This document shows positions 11,341 to 25,625 of a stretch of DNA of 48,358 bases, in pieces (within the stretch, counting starts at the first letter, position 1; each line of letters opens with the position of its first letter). The translations under genes and the position numbers were made by a program. The DNA comes from Vitrella brassicaformis CCMP3155 (taxonomy: Eukaryota > Protista > Chromerida): positions 1 to 48,358 of the forward strand of contig CDMY01000578.1 of NCBI GenBank assembly GCA_001179505.1, given 5' to 3'. The notes below the pieces were generated by a model. It saw only the letters and a list, made by a program, of their open reading frames with translations. It did not search any database and was not told the DNA's origin.

Positions 11341-13394
11341 TCACTTCCTTCTCCTTTTGTCGCCGGGTGGTCCCTCGTCGGCAATGACGCCGCACTTGAC
11401 CATCAGCTCTCGCGCCGCGTTGTTGATGTGCTTGAAGCGATCCGGGCCTACACGCACATTTTAGTGTAGATGCGGCCGTGTGAGTGTGTGTGTGTGTGTG
11501 CGTATTTCTACACCGACCTAGGTGGATGCCTCCGTACCACCGTGAGACGACCACCATGATGTTGGACGTGTTGACGATAGACTGAGCGACAAGACACGCC
11601 GCACATCCATACAGACAGACCTCTCCAGCGATGTGTGCGCTGCAATTGGATTGGATACCGACCAGCAGGTGCTGCAGCCTTCCCCCAGCAGCCGACTCGC
11701 CTGAGAAAGGCCAATAGACAAACACATTTTAGTGCACGGATGGTCGAAGAAGATACAGATACTCATGATATACACACCGTCACTGTCGTGGTCACTCAGC
11801 TGGTGGCCCTGAGCGGTCTGCGACAGGCAGATAGACACATACGTGGATATGACACATACAGTGTGTGCAGCCAGCCCCTCCAATCCATGATGCCACACAT
11901 GGATACCCACCTACCTACCTGTATCCTATACGCCATTATGTTGTGGGTGGCCCTGGCGATCTGCACACACAGGGACAGACTTTCAGCGTCCGCAAGGACA
12001 CGCACATCCATATCATTGCACTTGTGTGTACTTTCTGGTTCCGCATCAAAGCCCGCTGCACCGCCTGAACGTCCCTGGAGAGAGAGAGACACACAGACGC
12101 GCACTTCACTGTCTCTGCCTGCAGTGTGTGTGTGTCTGTGTAAGTGTGTGTGTCGTTCATCTCTCGCACGCACCTTGTGTCGTGCACTCTGGCCAAGTGC
12201 GCCTGGAAGACCGATTTGCGGTCAATGATGGGGTCGCCTGGACGGCACAGACATGTCTGCATCTGCTCATGAGACCGCTGCTGATGGTCGCATCTACCGT
12301 GCACTATGTCGATCTCGCACTGCTCGTCATCTGGCGGCTCCCTGCACCTGCACACACGTATCCCTCCCCTTCATATGTGTGTGTGTGTGTGTGGCAAGAT
12401 GATGCTTACGTCGTCGCTTGTGTTGGTGCTTGCGGCTCTTCTGGCTCGTGCGTGGCTGCTGGCTGCTCCTCCTGTTGTCCACTGCAATGCATCAATCCAC
12501 CACATAGATGCGGATGGTGCGAAAGCATCACGAACGAACTGCTGGCACACAAGGATGCGTATACGTACCTCGTCTCCTCCTGCTGCTGCAGCACTTGCAC
12601 CGGGATGACCGATCTGCACACACACGCACACACGCAGCTGCGGTACACGTGTGTTGACGCGTGCAAACATACACATGATGACCGAATGTGTTCGACCGTC
12701 TGATAGACGATCACACTCTCCCCCTCCCTCGACCACTCCTCCTGCATGAAGCAACACGCCTGCACACACACACACACAGACGAATGGACGCACTCAGCTC
12801 CGTGTATGCTATGCGTGTGACCACACCTGACCTGTCCATTGAGGTCGTCCATTTCGTACTCCTCAAGCCAGTACGCATCAACCTGCACACAATTAATGCA
12901 CACAATGCAATGCACACAATGCACACAGGGGCCCTGTGAATGACTGTCTGTCTTGTTGGCGCGTGCCCGTGTAGCCAGCCGCACCTCGCAGACGTCCAGA
13001 CATGCGCGTGGATAGGCCTCGGGGATCAGAAAGGCGGCCGTGAAGGAATGGCAATCGTTGGCTGCGGCACACACACAAACGAATGCATTAATGCGTCGAA
13101 GAGAAAGATGCTCGTGTCTGTGTGTGGCTCGCCCATGTGCACCGTGTGGAGCGGTTGTGATCCTCAGCAGACGGTCAGCGGGATCCCACGCCTGCATCAC
13201 ATCAGAAGTGCAGCACAGATCTGTCCCGTCAGTCAATGGCCGCCAACCACAACGCATTAACTCACCACATTCTCCTCGCCATATATGGCCTTCAGCGCTT
13301 CAACCTCTGAACACACACAGGGGATGCCGTGTGTGTTTGCTCATCGATTCATTCATCATCTGTCCAATGGATTGGTACCTTCTGCCGCTTCCAT
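11341..13394 (-). CDS. IMPACT: IMPACT/Yih1 family protein (RWD + UPF0029 domain), about 16 exons
   Basis: RWD motifs: MEAAEEVEALKAIYG, LIPEAYP, GESVIVYQTVE. Ancient-domain motifs: GDPIIDRKSVFQAHLA, IARATHNIMAYRI, DSDGESAAGGRLQHLL, NIMVVVSRWYGGIHLGPDRFKHINNAAR. Confidence 0.95.
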
Positions 13395-13753
13395 CTGTGA
13401 GCAGACTGCCAGCCTTTGCTCACGGGGGGGGAGGGATAACACGAAGGAGCAGGGTAGATCTGCTGCGAGCTGAAATGAAAGGTCCCGATCCGGCTTCCAA
13501 AGAGGCATTCGGCAAAGAGGAGGGCAACCATTGGGCAAGTTCATCCGTCATTGGGTCCAGTTCATCGATCTCACTCATCGCCGATGAGTCCCTTTGTCGT
13601 TCAGGCGTTGCTGACTACCACGCTGCTGTCGGCATCCAATGCCGCGCTGGCCTTCCTTGGCCATCACCGACACACCCACTTCTATGCCCCGATGGCGTTC
13701 CGGAGGAATCAGCTGCGGTTGGGACGACGGGCGGCTGAGAGGTCGGACGGTGA

Positions 13754-14667
13754 ATGGAGGCCCTCTACGAGGACGAGCTGAGGAGGCAACGCGACGCCTT
13801 GTTGGCTGAGAGGGATGAATGGAAGCGGCTGTATCAGCAAGCAGTGGAGCGAAAGGAGGAGACCGTCCCGAGTCGCCGGGGCCCGAATTCCGCTGCCTCC
13901 CGTTCCTGCGTCTTCGGATGCGTTGGGTGTGACCGACGAGCAGTATGAGGCTCTTTGTGGCTGGGTCGACAACAAACCACTGCGGCTCATCTACAGGTAC
14001 ACACGAGGATTGATAGTGGTGTGTGTGATTGCTGGCTGCTGACGGTGCCTGCTGTCTGTCTGTCATGCAGTGCCTCGTGTGATGGCTGTCGATCTGACGA
14101 CCTGTTTCGCCGCGTGGGCGACGCGAGCCCTCTGGTGTTCATCATCCGCAAAGAGCAGTCTGTCTTCGGCCTCTATATGGATGCCAGCATCAAGCCGGCC
14201 CTTCAACCCACCTGGGGGAGCGCCTACGACTGCTGGGTGTGGTGGTTCTCGTTGGCCGGCCACTTCGCCAAGCCGACCAAGATCAAGATACTGAGAACCA
14301 TAAGAGAATGGAACGAGGAAGACCGCGGTAGCGGCTGGGAGAACGTGACAGTGACAGTGGCTGGTAGAGGGGAGCGAGATGGCGGGTGTCTCGAATGGCG
14401 GTCAAATGACCAGGTGGGGGAAGCGGCTGGCTTTATTTGGGGGTGGATGAGATGCGATATTCGGGAGATGATGACAGACCCGGCGAGGATGACCTGCGTC
14501 GCTGTCGTCAATTTTTCCTGAGAGGTGAAGACCCCCGTTTAACCTTCCTGGAAGGGTATCAAGGCGTGATGGGGGCTGGCTTTGGGGGGCCCCGCGCCTG
14601 CTTCGGGGCTGGCTTTGGGGGCTATGATAGGTTCGTGGCTGACGATGTGGCTGTTCTGACTGTATAA
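13754..14667 (+). CDS. TLDc-domain protein with N-terminal coiled coil; two apparent frameshifts
   Basis: GVTDEQYEALCGW…LRLIY|SASCDG…LFRRVGDASPLVFIIRKEQSVFG…WWFSLAGHFAKPTKI…DDLRRCRQF…FVADDVAVLTV*. Frame breaks near 13868-13882 and at G5 14439-14443. The start may extend upstream towards 13475. Confidence 0.8.
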
Positions 14668-14970
14668 TAGTGTGCTGGCTGGCTTTCTGATGTACCATAT
14701 ATGTCAAACGACCAGTGTTCGTGTACAGTGTCTGTGCGCATGATGGACACTGAACAGTTAAGGCCTACAAGCACGAACTTTCAACACCTGTTCAAATGCA
14801 CGGGAGAAGCAACAAAGGCGAACGCATTACTAGTTCTCAGTCGCGTGGACACTGATTCGCACATACCACACTCAAGGCGGATGGCCGAGCGACACAAGAA
14901 AAGTAGTACAAGAGGCCACAAATCGACACACACGGCATACGATATAGCAAAGGCATTTCGGCTTCCAATG

Positions 14971-16931
14971 TCACGCCCGCCCTCCTCCCGGCGTGACAAC
15001 TGGCGTACCCTGACTGCAAGCGGTAAGCACACACGACACCACACACATGCGGGTGCACGTCACTTTGTTGTGGTTTGTGCACAGCCATGGCGCCCACTCA
15101 CCCGTCCTTCGCTGCACTGGGGGAGGGCGGCACAGGAAGAGAAGTGTTACTGAGGGGAGACACAGAAGACACATAGGCACGTGTATGTATCTGCTCATTG
15201 TGAAGATACGTACTCCGACTTCTCCTTCTGCTGTTGTTCTGCTTGCAGCTCCGGCGCACTTGGCTCCACCATTCCGCTTGCCGGAGCTGCCAAGTTCGGC
15301 ACTGACCGAGCGACAAGAAGAGGGAGGGATATATAGGTCCACAGAGCACAGAGACATGTACCGAAACCCCCCACCCGCGCACCTTTCTGTGCTTGCGGCT
15401 CCTTGGGAGTGTGGCTTTGGAACCAACGCGAAAGAGGATTGAACGATCGCTCCGTGGACGGCTTACTGACGCAAAATGGACACTTTGTCCACGTGTGTGT
15501 CCGTGTGTGTGTCTGTGCGTGTAGTTGTGTGGGTAGAGTACCCCCCCTTCTTTTCGAAGTAGTAGAAGTAGACGGCAGTTGAGACAATCGCGGCGAAGGC
15601 AAGCACGGAGAAGGTGGCCACTGCCGACACATGCATGAATACAGACAGACGTGCACTCAAGGGTGAGGTCTCTGTGTGTGGCGTGGGCAGTTGGCGTTAT
15701 ATGTGTACCCAAGGCGACAATGATTACGGGGGTCTTCTTGCTCTTCTTGCGGCCTTTGACTTGCCGGCCCTCGAGCTGCACAGACGCATCGAGACAGGGA
15801 CAGACACAATCGTGCACATTCACTTGTTTGTGCGCATCCGTACTTCTGTCTTTGCCAGGAAGTCGGGGTCGAGCTGCGACGCCACACTCTCGGGCAGCAA
15901 CTCTATCCCTGCATCCATACGTGCATACTTCTTCGTATGCGTCTACGTGAATGCAGACCGTTGGTTGGTACCTGACGCGCCGCTGGCTATGTTGGCTTCG
16001 CTCAGCAGCCTACTGCCCGTCGTCCTGTAGATGGGCTGCATCGATTGATGACATAAATGCATCCATCCGTCCATCCATCCATCAATGTCACACAGCAGCC
16101 TACCGCCTGGTCGAGGTCGACGTCATAAATGCGTATGGGACTATCGGGCGACTGCAGCTGCTGCATCCAACTGAAGACAGACACATGAGGGCACTCATAC
16201 CATGCATGAGACACACTCACAGGTGTCTGTCTGTGTGCCCACTTGAGAGTCAAGTCCCCTTCGTCCTCAACTGTGGCTGAGTGGACTCTGTGCGCAGACA
16301 GAGAGGGTCATGAGTTCAGACACAACGACTTGAGTGCTGACGGGCTGCGTCGCCTGCCTGAATTTCATGTTGACGGAGCCGAGGTTGATGTCGACGATCA
16401 GCACATTTTCCTCCGAAACGTTCAGCGTCTGTGCCACGACTGTCAAGGGACACACCCGTGGGCGCCAGTTGTGTGTGTATTCATGTGTGGGTGTGGGTGT
16501 GCGGGTGCACCATTTCTGAGTTCGGCGAGGCTGGCCGTGTTGTTGACCAGCTCTTGCAGCTCCTGTGTGCAAGGAGATGCATTGATGCATCATTGGTATG
16601 CCCGGCATTTTCTGTGTATTAACCTGTTCACCTGGTAGGTGAAGTTCTTCGTCATGATGATTTCCTCTGCCTGCATTTATGCATTGCGATCAATGCACAC
16701 GTGCACGTGTGAGTGGACTGGGTGCGTACGTCTGTGTCGTTGACGTCGAATGCTTTGATGGTCACTTGTAGCACGTCCAGATCCACATCGTCTGCACAGA
16801 CGCATGGGGATCGCGTGTGAATGCATCACGCATCGAGCGTGCCGCATTGTGCCCTTGCCGAGGTCGATGGGCGGCTGAGTGGGTGTCGGCGGCCGCGGGG
16901 CGAGGAAGTCGCCATCGGAGGGCTTCTCTGC

Positions 16932-16962
<31 letters not shown>

Positions 16963-19900
16963 TGCATACGTGTGAGTCTCTTTTGCGCGAAAGAGGACAC
17001 ACAGGGGTAGTGTGTACCTGCTGGTACGTAAACAGGATACTGCTTCCTTGTATCAGTGTAGTCGAGGGCCGTCTCTGAGAACAGAAAGAGCAACCCACAC
17101 ACATCCATGTGGGGGGCCTTCTTGCGACGCCTAATGGCAATGCTGACTCATCATGACGGCGAATCTAGGGTCGGTGGGCAGCAGAATCCTGTCGATGAAG
17201 TGGACAGTCGTGTCTTTGTTGACGCGTACGTTGGCCTTGACGATCCGTGCGCTGGTATATCCGTAGTACGGATGGCCCAGAGACACGAACACGGGAGTCT
17301 TCAGCGACCGATATATGCCCTGCACACACACGTTTCTTTGTCCGCAGAGAGAGACACTGTACATGTGTGTCTTTGAATGTGCCAGGATACATCGTATTGC
17401 TCGGCTTGTCGGCAATTGGGGCATGACAGCTTGTGCTTCTGCGTGAGTTTGGAGTAGATATGCAGCTCCTGGCTGTCGTACGCGTATCCACTGGCCAGCT
17501 GCAGAGTGTGTTTCTCGTCCTTGATCTTCGCGGGGTCGATTCGCGAGAGAACAAAGTGGTGAGACAAAATCTGTGGACACCCGAGCAGACACGTGTGGGT
17601 GTGCCTGTAGGCATTCGCATTCGCAGCTGCATTGTTTGTGTACTGACCACGTGCAGGATCTCCTGGTAGTACGGGACGATGTGTGGGTAGGCATTTGCAA
17701 AGTCCTCCCACCTGAGTTTGACATCAACGGGTGTGTCTCTGTCTCTCGCTCGAGGCCTCAACGTAGTGTGTGTCTCACGCCTCATTCGTCGGCACAAACA
17801 GCTGCACAACCACTCACACACACGCATGTGCGCGTGTAGAGGTCCATGTGTGTGCAGGTCTGCGTACCGTCCTGCCTTTCTTTTCTGCCTGTGTGTCGAT
17901 GTACTCCCTGAGCTTGGACACGTCCACAAACCTCATGTACTCGACGAACACCGACACCTCCTGAGCACATGACAATCAAGAGGTGTCTCTCTCTCCCTCT
18001 CTCTCTTTCTCTGTATGTGTGTGCCAGCTACGTCGTATTTGGGGTCCTGCCACCACTCCGGCAGCCTCTTGCCGATCCTGCTGTGGCAGTTTTTGGGGCC
18101 GGTGATCGCGGATTTTGCCTTCCTACGGGGGTACCCCTGCCACCGCGTGACATCAGCCACAGACACCGGTGTGGCGATGCACATGCTGCAGATGGATGGA
18201 ACGTGCGTACGTGCCTTAGTTTCCGTAAAAAGACGGCACTCTTTGTCGGCCCAGTAGTAGGTGAAGTGCTCGCACTTTTCGTCCTCCCAACACAATGCCT
18301 GGGCAAAGACAAGACAATGGACAGACAGTGGGCAGAGACACAGGCCGGCGGATGAGTGGGTGCGTGCCTGGCACTTGTATACGGTGGCAACGTCGGACTC
18401 ATCGCGATAATACGTATACTGCTGCCCATCGCCTGCTCGGCGAGTCTATGTGTGTCTATGTTTGTTTGGTGGATATATGCGTGTGTCGTTCTTACTGTCG
18501 AGTGACAGCCTGCATTCGTCATCACAGTCGACGATCTCATAGCCGTCGTCAAAACAAGAGGGCAGGTGACCTGCACGCCCACGTTCGTCGGTCCAGCTGT
18601 CAGCGTGTGTCTCGGGCTAATGAACTGACTTACTCCATTCATAGCACTGCTCCTCGTCCACACAGGGGTCCTTCCACAGCATGCACTTGGCAGATTCCAG
18701 CTGAATGACACACAAACAAGGTACTCATGTGGAGACACACATGTATGTATGTGTATACCCCTCCGATGCATCTGGCGTTGACGTCCTTGCAGCAGTGGGT
18801 GTCTCCGCAGTCGCCGTACAGCTCCCCACACTCACAGGCACGCTTGCCCGTGACGCTTTTTTCTGTATCGTCTTTGTATGTCCACAGGGGCATGTTGCGG
18901 TAGCCGTACTCCTCGTCCAGTGTGGAGAGTGTGTAAAGTTTGCATATCTGTACGAGAGAGAGTCAAGGGACACGTGTGTTCTTAGTATTTGTCTTGTTCT
19001 ACCCTCTCGGCGTCGTCTCCTTCGCCCAAATACAGGTTGAAGTAGTGGCAACTGGCCTTTTTCTGGCACTTGGACTGACACCTGCGCTCATGCGTGTCGC
19101 ACTCCATCTGTCGCCAATGTATGTGCTTACTGGAGTATTTCGCCCTTGTCAATGGTCTTCTTTTCTTCACTCTCTTTCCAGTCATTCTCTTTCGCCTGCA
19201 CGGCGTGATTGATGCACGTATCGATCAGACACACACACAAACGAAGGGCTGCCCTGCCGCGCACCTCCTTATGGGTCCACTTGATCGCCTCGACAAATCT
19301 GCCGCCCTTTGTCGATCCCAAGTACACACAGCCCTCGTCAAAATCTGCCCACGCCCACACACACGCATGACGCAAACCTATGTCTGAATGGCATTGTGAG
19401 GGAGGATATACGTATACCATCGATTTTGAACAAGACATCTGGTTCGGTGGGCACGTCTGGCTCTGGCTCGATGTCGGACGGGAGGTCCGGCTCGTACACG
19501 GGGGAGGGGGCAGCAGTGGTTGTGACCGGCTCCACTGCTGGCGGGACCTTACCTGTGCAGAAATGCGTGTCGGCTTCTGTGTACAAGTGCGTCGCTCTTC
19601 TTGTGGGACTGTATGGGTGGGCACTGCGTGCGTCGCACCTGGCAGTTCGCAGTCTCTGTGTGTCGTGTACGCCCCTGTGTACTTTTTCCTGCATGTAACA
19701 CGCCGATGCAGGAATGGCACGGAAAACACACAGATGCATCTCCGTGTGTCCATGAATGTGTGTGGGTACAATGTGGACCGTCTGGTGTATTTGCCATTCT
19801 CTTGGCCCTCCATCTCGGTATACAGATGGCAGTTGCTCCTCCGGATTGACAGTACCTGCGCATGTGTCATGTCGTGTCATGTGGGAATCCGGCAACAAGA

Positions 19901-22900
19901 ATGTATCCGTGTGGATGCATTCGTGCACACACCAGTGAGAGTTTGATTGTGTCATCCGCCGAGAGGATTTGGTCCTCCTCATCACCCTCCTGTGCAACAT
20001 ACATACATACATACAAGAGTACGTGTCTCGCCTGTATACAAACGGACAGATATGCGTGTGCCATGACATGCTCACCGCTCGAGTGCTTGTTGTGTTGAGC
20101 AGGGGCACCAGCACGGTCTCGCCCACCTGCCACTCACACACCCATACACATTCGTGTGTGTGGGGGCATGGATGGGCGTCTGTCTGGTGTGGTTATGTTG
20201 GGTTGCGGCACTGGCCGACATGTCGTGTGGTGTGGTGTGGCCACTTCTACACTGGCACCGACCTCCGTAGCGTAAGGGTAGAAGTATGTCTCGTTGATGC
20301 AGTAGAGAACGGGGAAGGGCGGATCCCGGTTCTCTCTATCCTGCGTGCATATGATGGCCTCACGTGTCTCTGTCTACGTCCCTACGGTGTTACCTCTATG
20401 TACTCGGTGATGTTCTCTCCGAATTGCTGGAGGTATGTCCGAATGTCGTCCGCATCGAAGGGCTCCTGGACATACGAACGAAAATCATACATTCCGAAAG
20501 CCTCCCACACAATGCATCATCCGTGACGTCCACTACCCTTTTGTCGATGTCTTCGGCTTCTGGGATGATGATCACCTGCACAAACAAACATTGGTTTCAG
20601 ACGGGAGTGGATAGCACACGTGTGTGTGTGTTTGTGTGTGTGTGTGTACCGTCTTGTCGAGTTTTGGCAGCAAGACGATGACAATCGCGTCGTCATCTGG
20701 ACGCATCGAGCAAGGTTGTCCCCGCACACCCAGGCATCTCAGGAGACTGGGTGTGGCGTACCTGGGTCCCGGTCGGGAAGTATCTTTTGGAAAATCTTCC
20801 TAAAGGCAGCGAGACCGATCTTGGGCAGCCTGAGACACAAACAACGCACGTATACAACACACAGGGACAGACGTCTGGCTGGCTGCCTTAAACCTCACTT
20901 GGACTTCCCATCCCTATCGAAGATGTCCAAATGGAGAAAGGAATCCTGAACGGGGAGAGAGAGAGACAGCCCGCTGGTCTACATGGTCGCCTGCTCTCTC
21001 CGTCCATGATCTACGTGCCTCCGGTAAGGTTTGTAAGGCCCTCCTGGCAGCTGCCTCGCTCTCATACTCAGACTCATAATCTTGCTCAACGCCGCCCTGG
21101 ATCTCCTGTGTTTTTGCAGGACACACAGACCGATATATGGCGGATAAAGAGGGGTTGGCTCACGTTGATGATAGGAACGATGACCGCCTGGTTGGCGCAG
21201 CTGATGATGGGAAAGGAGTAGGGGATCCCCTGGCTGTGGGTGGAGGATATGCCAGCCATGCACACAGATGTCCATACGACGCACTGCGCTCGCCCGTACT
21301 TACGCGAGTATGTCCTGGTCGACGAGTGGGTATCTCCTCTTCTTGTCGAGGTAGGTGACGTACTTGCAGGTGGGCGACTTGAAGCACAGGGCCTGCATAA
21401 GAACACGCATATGTGTGTACGTGTCAGAAAGGCGTGCGTGTGTGTGTCGTGCACACCTGGCATTCCTCCACGGAGGACGCATTTAGCAAACTGCATGGAT
21501 GGATGAGACTCTTGAACCACCCATGATGACATATTCGGAATGAATGTCAACTTACGCGGCGGGTGGGTTGTATGCGATCATGTGTGCGGGTGTGTGGTTG
21601 ACCGACTTCCACACTATCGCCTCGTCATTCTTCAGGCAGTCTATCTCTGCACACACGTATGGAAGCACACACAGACGGAGAGTCCCTGCATCCCATGTTC
21701 TTTCTATGTGGCATCCACCCACCGACCTTCCAAGGCTCTCATCCGCCGCTTTCTCTCCCTTCTGCTCACTGTACACACATTCGCTTGTTGTACAGACTCT
21801 CACTCACTAGAGCGTGTGCTTGTACGTGTCAGTCTGCGTCGCCGTCGATCGCCGTTATCGTCATCGTCATCGTCATCATCGCCTGCATCCACGCGTGTAC
21901 ACGTACGTGTGTATGTGTGCGCAGTTAGTATGCATGTGTGTTGTTCTTACCTCTGTACTTGTCATCTTTGTACTTGTCATCCTTGTCATCGTCGTAATCT
22001 ACATTCACACACATACATGAAGAGACGCGATGACATGCACGCAGCAATCGAGCAGCACCGTCTTTGTCCGGGAGTTTCTCGTATATGTCCTTCAAGCGCT
22101 TGGCTGTTTCGGCAGAGACACATACATTGGGACGTGCGCTCAGTGCGCAGCGGATCCGTGCGTACCGATGGCGTAGAGGAGGTCAATGATGGTGTACTCC
22201 CTCTTCTTGTCGTAGTACCAATCCGGCACATGGTAGCCCTGCCCAGGTAACATGCACACGTATGCAGACGCGCTAGAAAAGGAATACGTCTGATCGTGCA
22301 GCCCACCCACTTCGTATTCGTAGTAATCGTGCAGAATATACCCTGTGTGCCGATCCTCGTCGTAATAGTCGCCCTGATTCATCAGGATGAAGACACGATG
22401 CATTTATGTTCCTATGTGTCTGATCTCATGAGGTCAGCCACCTTGAACTTGCCGTAAAACCACTGGACGACTGAGTAGCGCTGCTTGATGTAATCGTAGT
22501 ACTTGTGCACCTTTGTATTTGTTCACACACACCCAGGATGAAGAGACATTGATGCCAAGAGGCGTGGGCAGCCGTTCTCTTACATTGTCATAGTAGCTAT
22601 ACAGATCCTTCTCGCCGGTCCACTTGTCTTTGATCTCTATCAGCACACACACACACACAGAGGGACACACACACACAGTGGGACACACTCGAGTACTATG
22701 AGTCGTGTTACTTTCATAGAACTCGACGATCTTGTCGTGCTTTTCCTTGATCCTTTCGTGCTTTTCTACACTCAATGGATCAAGGAAAAGCAGCTGTCCA
22801 GTGTATCTCTGTGTCTATCTCACCGCTTATGGCGTCGTAGCAGTCATCGATGTCCTTGTAGTGGTCAATCAGCTTGCTTGAGCTGCGAACATCACAAAGA

Positions 22901-25594
22901 CAGACACACTCCCATGACACGAATGGCATGCCACGTGTGTCTGTCTGTACGTGCCTGTCCGCGGCCGTTTTCCAGAGTTCTTCATACTTGTCGTCCATGT
23001 TTCGGTGGGCAGACCTGTGTGTTTCATGGGTGGGCGGATGTGTGTGGGTGTGGTGTAGGTCTGCAGTGGCCTAGTGGCTCACCGGACGCCATCGTATATC
23101 TTCCAAATGTTCTCGTAGTAGCGGGCGATGTTGTGGTGGTACCACAGCACCTTGGGACACACACATACATGGAAAAAGTGAGCGACGCAGAAAGGGGCCC
23201 CACCCACCGACTTACAGTACCCCACCTCTTCGTATTCCTTCTTCCTCAGTCGGCAGTCCGTGTGTCGGTGGATCCTGCTGATCTGCATGGTTGATCTGTC
23301 TGTCCGTCTTTATGTCGGTCTGTCTGTCTGTCTGTGGGCTGGCTGTCTCCTGCCTGACCTGGTGCTTGATGCGATCGTACTCGCGCTGAGGTGAGTGGGT
23401 TCGGGTTGCAAAGACAGACAGATGCACACACAGTACACAGAGGATGTGCGTACTGCACTTACTTTGATTCGGTTGAACTCTCTCTTGATGCCTTCGTAGG
23501 TGCGCTGCTTGATGCGGTCGCAGATGCGCTGCACACGCAATGTACATGCATTTCTATGTGGGGGGTTTGTCTGCGTCTGTCCGTACCTTGAGCTCGTTGT
23601 ATTTCCCCTTGATTCTCATTTCTATCTGCAGACAGGAATTTGTGCACGTTCCGGCCCTGCAGCTGCCAGCCTGTGTTGACTTGGCTGTGCTCTCACCCTC
23701 CACGGGTATTTGGTGTAGTAGTTCTTGATGGCATCGAACTTCGACTTGATCCTGACAGACAGACAGACAGACATTTATGCAGACATCCATGTAAGTATGA
23801 AGTACCTGTCATATTGCCTCTTGATGTCATCAAGATCCCTCTTCATCTGCACACACACACCCACACACACGCACACACATCAAGAGGGATGGGTCGAATG
23901 GCATTCGTTTACATCGTCGTATAGCCGTTTGATATGGTCGATCTTGTCCCTGATCTTGCCGTGGTGTTCCCAAACCTGCGGGTGTGTTCGTGTGTGAGAG
24001 TGTGTGTGAGTGAGTGTGATTGTGATTGTTCACGGACGTCGTTGCAGGTGAGCGACTCCTCTGGGTCATAATACTCGTCGTCCTCTTCCTTTTCGTCTGC
24101 CACACAATGGGCAGCCAGGCAGGCAACACAACAGAGCACACATACATGCGGCAATGCGCGGCTTGTTGTGTTGCTCACCCTTGTCGTCTTCTTTTTCCTT
24201 GTCCTCTTCCTAAACCATCGAATCGACATAGTACGCCTGTGCCCTGCCTGCAGTCATACGTGGCATACATACTTTCGGAACAAGGATGATTTCGTCGTCA
24301 TCATCGCGCTTTTCCTCCTCCTGTTTGCACACACGTCTCGTGTGGACACACTCATGTACGCAGAAACCCGCCAAGGTTCGTGCATATGCATGTGTGTATA
24401 TATGAGAGCGTGCCTCTTTGTCGTCTGGTTGCTCGGGAGGGTTCTCCATCGTTATCCGCACGATCTTGGTCTTCTTGTACCTACATGCGCATGCGCACAG
24501 AGAGAGACACAGCCACGTACATGGAGACACGTGCGTGCGAGTATGGATGGTATGCTGTTCGTTCGGCTCACTCACTTGACTACTTTGTCGCAATCGTACG
24601 GCGGCAGGAAGGTGTACCAATGCTGCACGAAGGTGGGCGCAAACGCTTTTGTGCGTGGGTAGGTGCGTGTGAGAGTCCCATATAGGCACCGAGTCGGGAT
24701 AGTATTCGAGTGGCGTGCACTTGGGCTCCACAGCCAGCACACGGATCGTCAGATCCTTGCCTGTGTGGTTGATTGATTCGTCGACGCACACATACAAGGG
24801 CAGCCCTTGATCGGCCATACATGGAGGTCTCTCTCTCTCACTCACCCTTGGCCGCCTCTCTCCCCTGCTGGGCGACTTCCTTCATGGCTTCCTTTGGCTC
24901 AATCTCCTCGTAAAAGTCCGGCTGCATACATGGATGTCTGGGTGTATGCTGAGCCGCATGCAAGCGCGTGTGTACCGCCCACCTACCCACCTTGGTCGCT
25001 CTGTCTGAGTCCCAGTAGTCCTCCCACTTCTCTTCATACTTGGCATAGCCATCACGGAACCTCTCAGCTGCACACAGACTCCCCCGAGATGCATGTATGT
25101 ATGTATGTGTATCCGCCCATTCCGTGTCGAAGGTAATCACCCATTTTGTGGAGAAAGAATGGGTAGATTTTGAAGTCGCTGTAGCTCACGAACCAGTGGT
25201 ACGGGAATTGCTGCAGCAGGGAGACGCGTGATCAGGGAGACATCGGTGAATGAGAGGGGTCATCTGCGCACCTACCTCTTCATTGGTGTTCCTCTTCTCC
25301 CAGGGGATGATTTCGAGCATCTTGCCCTTGTACCACTTGTCCACATCTGCAAGCCCCTCCCCCCCCATCATTACTCAGTGCACTGTGGACTCCGTGCACT
25401 CCATGCGTTTGTGCATAAGGTGTATACCCCCGTGCATCATTTTCCACTCGATGGCCTTGTTGGTCTTCAACCGAATGTCTGTCAGCTTATCTGCACACAC
25501 AGAGATGGGTACATCGATATACGCAGGCAGCCCGTGCGTATGTGTGTCGTACCTCCCTGGTAGTACTTCTGCTTCTCCTCGACGTGGTACAACT

Positions 25595-25625
<31 letters not shown>

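Noticed and set aside
14971-15560. TRAP/MIC2-type cytoplasmic tail on the adhesin
   Set aside because: The tail ends …GTPVVTPGGGRA with no terminal acidic patch or penultimate Trp.
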